Origin: Pseudomonadota bacterium
Lineage (GTDB): Bacteria; Bdellovibrionota; FAC87; UBA2466
Length of the DNA stretch: 11,777 bases
Assembly (NCBI GenBank): GCA_043718025.1
Contig: JAYSWN010000082.1
Coordinates: 1 to 11,777 of the forward strand
Direction of reading: 5' to 3'
The stretch's first letter is position 1, and each line of letters opens with the position of its first letter. A program made the position numbers and the translations under genes. A model generated the notes under the pieces. The model had not been told where the DNA came from, made no database searches, and saw nothing but the letters and a program-made list of their open reading frames with translations. Shown piece by piece: positions 1-6,440 of this stretch.

Positions 1-22
1 CGATAGTTTTCAATGCTGGGAA

Positions 23-56
23 GATTGCCACGGGTTCTTCGAACCCTCGCAAGGAC
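23..56. repeat. REP-like palindromic element (GATTGCCAC-hairpin-TCGCAAGGAC)
   Basis: Perfect 6-bp stem GGGTTC(32-37)/GAACCC(41-46) with an outer TTGC/GCAA pair. The reverse complement GTCCTTGCGAGG...CGTGGCAATC resembles, from memory, the widespread GTCATTGCGAG...GTGGCAATC intergenic repeat class. Only one copy in the window. Confidence 0.5.
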
Positions 57-124
57 GGAAATGGCGTTAACGCGCACCGCAGCGAACCGGACAGCAGTGA
101 AGTGGGTACCTTTTTTTGCTTTCC

Positions 125-790
125 CTACTCAGCGGAAAACTGGCCCGGTGCGAGCCTGACCGGCTTCTCCACCAGTTTCTTATTGTAACCGAGAGATTGG
201 TCCCCTTGGAGGGTCGGTTGGCTGGCGATCACACTTCCATCCGCGTTTACGGAAAGGACACTTAGGAACTTTCCACCATTGGTGCGATTGATCCTGGCAC
301 CGGGCTTCACCTCTACCCCATCGACGGTTAGCGACTTCACGGGAGTCGTATACTGTCGCGCGTAGGTGTACTGCTTTTCCCCCTCATAGATCAGCACCCC
401 GCCGTCAGAACCGATTTCCACCACATCATATTCGTACGCTCCCACGACAACCCTATCCCCTTTTTTGACCGTGACGCCGTCGGGACTTGTTGTTTTTTTT
501 GCGATGGTCGCGTAGTCGGTTACCAGTCCAGCCGAAGCGTTATGGCCTTTAACTTCGACGCCCCATTCTGAGTCGAACGAGCTAACTTCATGTACTCCGG
601 TCTGTACGGAGGACCCTCCAGTTGATCCGGCGACGATGATTTCTTGGCCGCTCTCAACGGGAATCAAATCGGCTATTTCGTGCGGCGGTCGTAAAAGAGC
701 TCTACACGATTTGGGGGTCTTCGCAAAAAGACCGGTACAAAATATTACGAAAAATACTAGGGCGTATGTTTTAGCCAAATTGAAGTACAT
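125..790 (-). CDS. Secreted hypothetical protein with three tandem beta-rich repeats
   Basis: 221-aa ORF with ATG start and a GAGGGG RBS just upstream. Signal-peptide-like N-terminus (MYFNLAKTYALVFFVIFCTGLFA). Repeated DGVxVKxGxR and V..DGxV segments. Confidence 0.85.
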   Translation of the reverse strand: MYFNLAKTYALVFFVIFCTGLFAKTPKSCRALLRPPHEIADLIPVESGQEIIVAGSTGGSSVQTGVHEVSSFDSEWGVEVKGHNASAGLVTDYATIAKKTTSPDGVTVKKGDRVVVGAYEYDVVEIGSDGGVLIYEGEKQYTYARQYTTPVKSLTVDGVEVKPGARINRTNGGKFLSVLSVNADGSVIASQPTLQGDQSLGYNKKLVEKPVRLAPGQFSAE

Positions 791-996
791 AGTTTCCCCT
801 CGCTACCAATTGCGAATGCGTAGTTTTGTTGGGTCCCTCTTTTGCAACTACCCAGTTCAACGGATCTAAAGGGTCTCTTAGCCGAAGGGGCCGGTGAGCA
901 CCAGATAAATTCAACTCTCAGCAATAACCTCGCAAATAGCGGTAGAGGACCTTCCCGGCTCGGCTTTCTGAGAGTCGCTCCACAAGGCTTTGTAGT

Positions 997-1025
997 GTGA
1001 CTAAAACTCCCGCCCCAGCTACTAT
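997..1025 (+). promoter_or_regulatory. Candidate sigma70 promoter for 1052..1765
   Basis: GTGACT (997-1002), 17-bp spacer, TACTAT (1020-1025). Followed by the TTGAA-CT-TTCAA inverted repeat (1026-1037) and a GGGGGG RBS-like run before ATG 1052. Confidence 0.35.
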
Positions 1026-1051
1026 TTGAACTTTCAATCGGGGGGCCAAGA

Positions 1052-1765
1052 ATGTTTGATTTTTGTTCGCGAAAAAGGACGGTAACTAGAGCTGTTCTCT
1101 TCTTTGGGTGGGCCGTGGCTTTTCAAGCTCGTGCTTCAGGCCCGCAATCAAGCTCGCAAGTTTATGCTTTGAGCGGAGAGCACAAAGGTCAGATTTTTAT
1201 GCTTTCGAATTGGTCGAAGCAACGGGCGTTCGCAGCGTTCGCAGCGGGTAACGAACCCCATTTCACCGAGCAGCAGCGAGTCTGGGTCTGGTGCGGCGGA
1301 GAGTCTTCGGTGAACAAAATTGATAAAATAATCACCGGGCCGGTCGCTACCGAGATAACGCTGGCAAGCAAACCTAAGTGCACCTCAAAGCCGCAGCTGA
1401 TGTCGAATTATGACTTTCCTAAAAAGACGTGGAAAGAAGAGAAGCTGTCTGAAGAGATACTTCTAAAGATCAAGAGCAAATTGAAGGTAAGTGGGGAACT
1501 TACGGGCACAAAGATCGTTACTGAAAAGAAGGGAACTGTCTTTTTGGTTTTCGATCAAAAAATCAAATCGATTTACGATGCCGGCGGTTTTCTGCTGCTA
1601 AATGATCAATATGAACAGGTTTCAAAATTCGAAGGTGGTGGTCTGATTCCACTAATCGATCTCAATGCGGATTCAGTTCCCGAGTTCTTCGTCCCTTCCT
1701 CTGATGGAACCGATGCGTGGCTATACGAAATGTACCCTAAGCATAACGAGGTGCCGAGAAAGTAG
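1052..1765 (+). CDS. Secreted/periplasmic hypothetical protein with C-terminal DxNxDxxPE (FG-GAP/EF-loop-like) motif
   Basis: 237-aa ORF. Basic n-region, hydrophobic stretch and A-R-A cleavage motif. DLNADSVPE at aa 203-211. Confidence 0.8.
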   Translation: MFDFCSRKRTVTRAVLFFGWAVAFQARASGPQSSSQVYALSGEHKGQIFMLSNWSKQRAFAAFAAGNEPHFTEQQRVWVWCGGESSVNKIDKIITGPVATEITLASKPKCTSKPQLMSNYDFPKKTWKEEKLSEEILLKIKSKLKVSGELTGTKIVTEKKGTVFLVFDQKIKSIYDAGGFLLLNDQYEQVSKFEGGGLIPLIDLNADSVPEFFVPSSDGTDAWLYEMYPKHNEVPRK

Positions 1766-1890
1766 ACTGGCCACGTAATGAGTCCATCAACTTGCATTGG
1801 CAGGTTTAGGCTTCACCGATGATCCGGCTCGTTTCGGCTGCTTGGGCGGAGAGAGAGAATAAATAAAAAGCGTGAGCAATTTTAGTACGT

Positions 1891-2355
1891 TTATCGGCGT
1901 TCGCAGCGAATATGAAGGACACGATATGGATAAAAGTGCGTTCCATAAAATAGGATCAGATCCGCCCGTCCCAAATCTACTTTGGTAGCGGCTTTTCCCA
2001 AAGTATCGATTTTTGAACCCGTTTTTTCTACGGCCGAGAGAGCAAGGAATTCTTCGCCTTCGTGCTTGTACACGGAGAGTCTTGCCTCTATTGCACCCAG
2101 CGAGTAAAAAGGAAAACCGGTGGCGGCCTCTAATTGGATCAGACGATAGCCATTGGCTGCCACTTTTGACTCCTCCGCGACTTTAAAATTTTTGACTTTA
2201 AAATTTTTGATGACCCCCTGATCAGAAGAGTAGATCAGCTCACAATTGTGGGCGCTAAAAAATTCATCATTGATCGCCTTTTCGATTTTCTCCGCATCGT
2301 CCGCTGCAAAGCCACAAATAGAAATTAAAAAGATAAACCCTATGATTCGCTTCAT
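1891..2355 (-). CDS. Secreted hypothetical protein (154 aa)
   Basis: Start reassigned from GTG 2427 to ATG 2355. This start has an AAGAGGT Shine-Dalgarno and gives a typical signal peptide MKRIIGFIFLISICGFA. Two Cys in the mature part. Confidence 0.85.
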   Translation of the reverse strand: MKRIIGFIFLISICGFAADDAEKIEKAINDEFFSAHNCELIYSSDQGVIKNFKVKNFKVAEESKVAANGYRLIQLEAATGFPFYSLGAIEARLSVYKHEGEEFLALSAVEKTGSKIDTLGKAATKVDLGRADLILFYGTHFYPYRVLHIRCERR

Positions 2356-2377
2356 TCGCCACCTCTTTAGGGGGTGA

Positions 2378-2386
2378 GTTATAGCA
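2378..2386 (-). promoter_or_regulatory. Candidate extended -10 promoter (TGCTATAAC)
   Basis: TG-n-TATAAC on the minus strand, 22 nt upstream of ATG 2355 and just 5' of the SD. Confidence 0.45.
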
Positions 2387-2539
2387 TTTATGCGAAATTC
2401 GGAATAGGGCGCAAGAATTGTCACCAAGTTTGTGTGACATCACCCACCGAAAACATCCGCATTGGAACGTCAGCGACGGTGATCCGAGCGAAGGGCAACT
2501 CCCGGTTATTCTGGGTAAACCGCGAGAGATTCACGTTTT

Positions 2540-4087
2540 TTAGAGTTCGCACCGCAAACTCCCGTTTTGCGTAGATTTGGTGAGGCAAAGGTTCGTGGTG
2601 TGCGACTCGCAAAGCGAGAGGAGTTGCGTGGTCGTGGGGTACGGTACGCTGATGGTGAGAATCTGATAGGCCCAAAGTGAGGGCCATAGGTTGGCAAGCT
2701 TGTGGAAAAAGTATTCGGCAAGGCTTACCCGCTTTTCCGACATTCCTAGCAGATGCTTTATGGGAAGGGCCACGGCGCTTTCCGACTTGATGTCGAATCC
2801 GCTCTGCTCGAACAGACGGCGAAATGATTTCTTCGTAAACAGGCGCACGTGGGTGTGGTCAAGAATGCCGTGGGTGCCATAGTTGAACGAGCCCAGAAAA
2901 AGCATCCAACGCACAATAAAGAACCCAACATTTCCCGTGCAGGCGATGATCGTTGGACGCGGGTGGAGTTTTGTCTTTTGGCGAATCAGATCGAGAAAGT
3001 GCTCCGGTTCAACGAGGTGCTCCAAGATGTCAGCGAGAATGATGTAGTCGTGGTTGGACTCCAATAAAACTTCGGCCAGTTTTGTTTTCTCCGTGGCGAG
3101 GTTCAACTGATAGTACTTACGCACTCCCTTGGTAATGGCCGATGGATCAACGGTGTCGATACCATCGACGACGCAGCCCTTTTGAATCAGCAGCGAAGCG
3201 ATTTGGCCGGAGCCGCAGCCGATATCGAGTACAGTGGAGAACGGCTCCACCAGGGCGGCGGTGATCTGATGGCTGGAGTATCGGCCTAGCTTTTCGGGAT
3301 AGGCGTAGTTACCCACATGGAACTTTCGGTTATAGAGGTACCCCATCCGATGGAGCCGGTAGTGCAGGCAATCGATCAGTACATCCTTGGCATACTTGAC
3401 CCCGTTGACGTGGCAAACCTCAGCACCGTAGTGCGTGGGAATAGGGACTTCTACAACCTTAGCCCCAAGCGCCGTGCATTGGATGATGATTTCGGTATCA
3501 AAATCGAAACCGTTTGAGTTGGCTTCGAAGGGAATTCTCTTGAGCAGATCAGTTGAGTAAGATCGGTAGCCCGAATGAAACTCATGAAAGCTTGTGCCCA
3601 GAATGCGATTCTCCATCCAAGTTAGGATCCGATTTCCCAGGTATTTGTAGAGCGGCATTCCGCCTTTGAGGGGCGACTGGGTAGGGTGGATCCGGGTGCC
3701 AAAGACGGCGTCAACCGTCGGGTCAGTCTCGTAGCGATCGAGCAGGCGGGTGAGATGCTCGGGCGCGTACTGGCCGTCGCCGTGGATAAGGAACACTCTG
3801 TCAAAGCCGCGATCGATCGCGAAACGGTAGCCTAGTTTCTGGTTTCCTCCGTACCCCTGATTGACCGGGTTTTTCAAAACGGTGAGGCGGGAGAACCTCT
3901 CCAGATCCTTGTAATCGATTCCCCTCTGAAAGGTGCGATCTCCGCTACCATCGTCGATGACGAGTACCTCGTTTCTGGGGTCATCGATGAGGGGTTTCGG
4001 AATGCGTGACAGTACTTTGGAGAGACTAGCCTCGTGGTTGTAGGCCACGATGAAAAAAAGGTTCCGCTTCGCCGAATGGTCAGACAT
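2540..4087 (-). CDS. Bifunctional GT2 glycosyltransferase (DPM1/polyprenol-phosphate type) / class I SAM-dependent methyltransferase
   Basis: N-terminal GT-A motifs AYNHE, VIDDGSGD, NQGYGG, HGDGQY, HSGYRSY and FDTE. C-terminal SAM motif I VLDIGCGSG, then DYIILADILEHL and GILDHTHVRLFT. Confidence 0.93.
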   Translation of the reverse strand: MSDHSAKRNLFFIVAYNHEASLSKVLSRIPKPLIDDPRNEVLVIDDGSGDRTFQRGIDYKDLERFSRLTVLKNPVNQGYGGNQKLGYRFAIDRGFDRVFLIHGDGQYAPEHLTRLLDRYETDPTVDAVFGTRIHPTQSPLKGGMPLYKYLGNRILTWMENRILGTSFHEFHSGYRSYSTDLLKRIPFEANSNGFDFDTEIIIQCTALGAKVVEVPIPTHYGAEVCHVNGVKYAKDVLIDCLHYRLHRMGYLYNRKFHVGNYAYPEKLGRYSSHQITAALVEPFSTVLDIGCGSGQIASLLIQKGCVVDGIDTVDPSAITKGVRKYYQLNLATEKTKLAEVLLESNHDYIILADILEHLVEPEHFLDLIRQKTKLHPRPTIIACTGNVGFFIVRWMLFLGSFNYGTHGILDHTHVRLFTKKSFRRLFEQSGFDIKSESAVALPIKHLLGMSEKRVSLAEYFFHKLANLWPSLWAYQILTISVPYPTTTQLLSLCESHTTNLCLTKSTQNGSLRCEL

Positions 4088-4335
4088 CGGAGACCTTGAG
4101 TAAACCGGAGGCTAGGGCAGGAAAGTGGAAACTCACGTGGAATACTTTAAGAGTTTTCTAGGTAGCAGGGGAGGAAATACTTCTGAGCCTGCGTGACAAC
4201 GTGAGTCAACCTCAAGCGCCGCACTAATCCATGTCTTTTTTGCGCTCCGCACTTTCTCTGCTGTTTTTTTCGAGATTAGGCAATAGCATCTGGCACAATT
4301 TTCATTTACCGCGCCAGATTAAATGTCAGGGATTG

Positions 4336-6306
4336 ATGGCAATGCCATCGTGCAAAACAAAAATGACCGGCATAACTACAGCTTTTTTTTCACCGCGAGT
4401 TTGTCTCGTTCCCTTGTTCCTTCTGCTCGTTGCCCTAGCCGTCTACGCTCCTTGGGACACCCCATCAACCGTCGATGAAAGAACCTACTTTGAGATGATC
4501 GATGGCGTCGCGCGGCACGGCCTGCCTTTCACGACCAATGGCCCCCACCAGCGTTTCAAACCACTTCAAGCCCGGTGGAACGTGGCCGTTGGGGATCGCC
4601 TTTGGGGCGGTTACGTTCCGCTGTACGCTTTTTTAGCCGCTCCGGCTTATATTTGGGATGGGATCCGTGGGATCGTGCGGATGAATTTCTTGTTGCTGGT
4701 GGTACTGGCACTTCTCGTATTCGCCCTTAGCAAACAGCTATTTGACGACGAATGGGCGGCGTTAGCGGCGGCCTATCTGGTTATTTTTGGCACGTGGGTC
4801 TGGTCCGTATCATTCGGGCCGTCGCCTTATACTCTGTTTGCGATGCTAGTCGTGGCAAGCGTCTGTGCCGCGTGGCGCGCCGTGCAAGCGCGGGCAAGTC
4901 ATCAACTGATGTGGGCGGGTACCGCGGGATTGGCAGCTGCCTGTGCACTCGTCACGCATGCGATGGCCGCCTCATTCATGCTGGGTTTGTTGGCCGCCTT
5001 GGCGTTTTCGGGGTGGCACGCCGGTGCGCGCCGATTCACCCACTTGGCAAGATTGGGGTGCGGATTCGCGGTGGGTGCCGCCGTGGTGGTAATCCCATTT
5101 GCCTGGCTGAATAAAATTAGGTTCGGAACACTCAACCTTTTGCACCAACCCTGTGTCTGGGTCACTTGTGAACTGGATGGCATTAAGAACCAATCCGTCG
5201 GCGCGCTATTGCCCGCATTGCCCCTTGGCATTTTATGGCTTGGCGCAGTGATTGGATTGTGGCGGACGCGACGTCCGGCACAACAGGCCGGGCTATTGCT
5301 CGCAGCGGTCGGTATCACCGCGGTATTGCCGGGGATGAGAAGCTCAGCTTGGGCAATTCTCAGCTTGGCTTGGAGCTTTCTCATCGACGTTGGAACTCTG
5401 CCTCCTCTCGACTTCTTGAAACCGGTAGACGGCTTAGGAGTTTTTCTCGGCGGTGCCCTGATTAAGAGTGCATTCCAGACGAGCCCGATTCTGGTGCTTG
5501 TGTTTCTGGTGGGTCTCACCAAAACGCCGTCTCGCCAAAAGGCAATGATCCTAGCCCCCCTCTCGGCAATGATCCTGGCGATTTGTGTTTCTCGCACTGC
5601 GATACCTAAGGCGTTTGCCCTAGGATACCCCTTTATTAGCATGCGTTACTTGCTGCCCGGGCTACCTCTCGCCGCGATCGCCGCTGTTTCCGTAATGCGG
5701 GAATTGCCCTGGCGATGGTGGCACTGGGCAATCGTGGCCGCGACGATTGCGGTGGGCGGTGTGTGCTTTACCAGCCTTTCGCCCCAAGTATATTTTTATC
5801 GTGTCGTTGCGCTGCGGGTTTCGCTTGGTTTGGCGTTGGTGACGCCGTTCGCGGTACTTTACGCTCTAAAGCGCCGGTCGCTAAGTGGCTCGGCTTGGGT
5901 CGCGATCACGCTCGGATATAGCCTCGCCTCCGTGGGCGCCATCGATTGGCCGGCTTTTCGCAGCGCCTATGATCAGGTGAGAGCCGATAGGTGGGCGATT
6001 GAGATGCATTTACCTAAACGTGCGGCGTTGGTGGGCTTCCCACGTGACCTTGACCCGATCATCGCTGCCAAATCCTCACGTGATCTCCAATATCTCGATC
6101 TCCATGAAACAATGAACTCGGATCCGCAATCCCTTTTTAAAGTCATTAATTACTGGCTCTATGAAGATCATCGGCCCGTGTATTGGCTGCAATCTAGGCC
6201 TTTAACTAAAGAACTCTTCGAGCGGGAAAAAGCAATCATGGCGAAGGGGGGGTACGAAATACGCCTTGTCACCCCTCGCCTGGTGATGTTTGTGCCGAAA
6301 CCGTAA
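4336..6306 (+). CDS. Polytopic membrane protein, probable GT-C fold glycosyltransferase (ArnT/PMT-like)
   Basis: Many hydrophobic helices. Acidic DE pair (VDERTY, 4474-4479) in the loop after the first TM helix, a late RYLLP motif and a soluble C-terminal tail. The ORF opens at 4231, but ATG 4336/4342 (AGGGA upstream) or 4363 is a more plausible start. Confidence 0.75.
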   Translation: MAMPSCKTKMTGITTAFFSPRVCLVPLFLLLVALAVYAPWDTPSTVDERTYFEMIDGVARHGLPFTTNGPHQRFKPLQARWNVAVGDRLWGGYVPLYAFLAAPAYIWDGIRGIVRMNFLLLVVLALLVFALSKQLFDDEWAALAAAYLVIFGTWVWSVSFGPSPYTLFAMLVVASVCAAWRAVQARASHQLMWAGTAGLAAACALVTHAMAASFMLGLLAALAFSGWHAGARRFTHLARLGCGFAVGAAVVVIPFAWLNKIRFGTLNLLHQPCVWVTCELDGIKNQSVGALLPALPLGILWLGAVIGLWRTRRPAQQAGLLLAAVGITAVLPGMRSSAWAILSLAWSFLIDVGTLPPLDFLKPVDGLGVFLGGALIKSAFQTSPILVLVFLVGLTKTPSRQKAMILAPLSAMILAICVSRTAIPKAFALGYPFISMRYLLPGLPLAAIAAVSVMRELPWRWWHWAIVAATIAVGGVCFTSLSPQVYFYRVVALRVSLGLALVTPFAVLYALKRRSLSGSAWVAITLGYSLASVGAIDWPAFRSAYDQVRADRWAIEMHLPKRAALVGFPRDLDPIIAAKSSRDLQYLDLHETMNSDPQSLFKVINYWLYEDHRPVYWLQSRPLTKELFEREKAIMAKGGYEIRLVTPRLVMFVPKP

Positions 6307-6440
6307 GGCCAAGCCCGGGACTTTTGGCGGATATCGTATTTCTCCGTCCTCATGTCGACGAAGTATTGGATGCTTGCCCGCGCGTTTTGCCTCGAAGTAG
6401 GATGATGCGTTCTGAAATCGCACCCCTGAGGAGAAGTTCT

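Noticed and set aside
831..846. Sigma54 promoter on + strand (GG-N10-GC, TTTGCA)
   Set aside because: The -24 element is GGGT rather than TGGC, and GG-N10-GC alone occurs often by chance.
881..922. Glycine riboswitch (GCCGAAGGGGC ... AACTCTCAG)
   Set aside because: Lacks the upstream GGAGA and has TCAGC instead of the TCAGG needed to pair with CC. No second aptamer and no glycine-related gene downstream.
875..975. HDV-like ribozyme
   Set aside because: The crossing helix order is superficially similar, but I could not assign P3/L3/P1.1 or the J4/2 catalytic C segment on either strand.
1766..1890. Intrinsic terminator or GA microsatellite between convergent genes
   Set aside because: No convincing stem next to a U-tract; the GA run is only about five units.
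2360..2376. Hairpin sequestering the SD (CACC/GGTG)
   Set aside because: Only 4-5 bp on the coding strand, and the 5' arm probably lies at or upstream of the predicted TSS.
2356..2427. N-terminal extension of the 178-aa ORF from GTG 2427
   Set aside because: The SD, signal peptide and extended -10 all point to ATG 2355.
4231..4335. N-terminal 35 aa of the 691-aa ORF; TGGCAC sigma54-like site at 4291
   Set aside because: No SD before 4231 and the extension looks non-coding. The TGGCAC has AT rather than GC at the -12 position.
4902..5642. 246-aa antisense ORF (and other short overlapping ORFs in the track)
   Set aside because: Shadow frames inside well-supported genes, with no motifs or RBS; expected in GC-rich coding sequence.
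6324..6440. N-terminal extension of the monooxygenase from TTG 6324
   Set aside because: A strong GAGGAG SD precedes ATG 6441, and the FAD-binding motif starts right after it as in the family.
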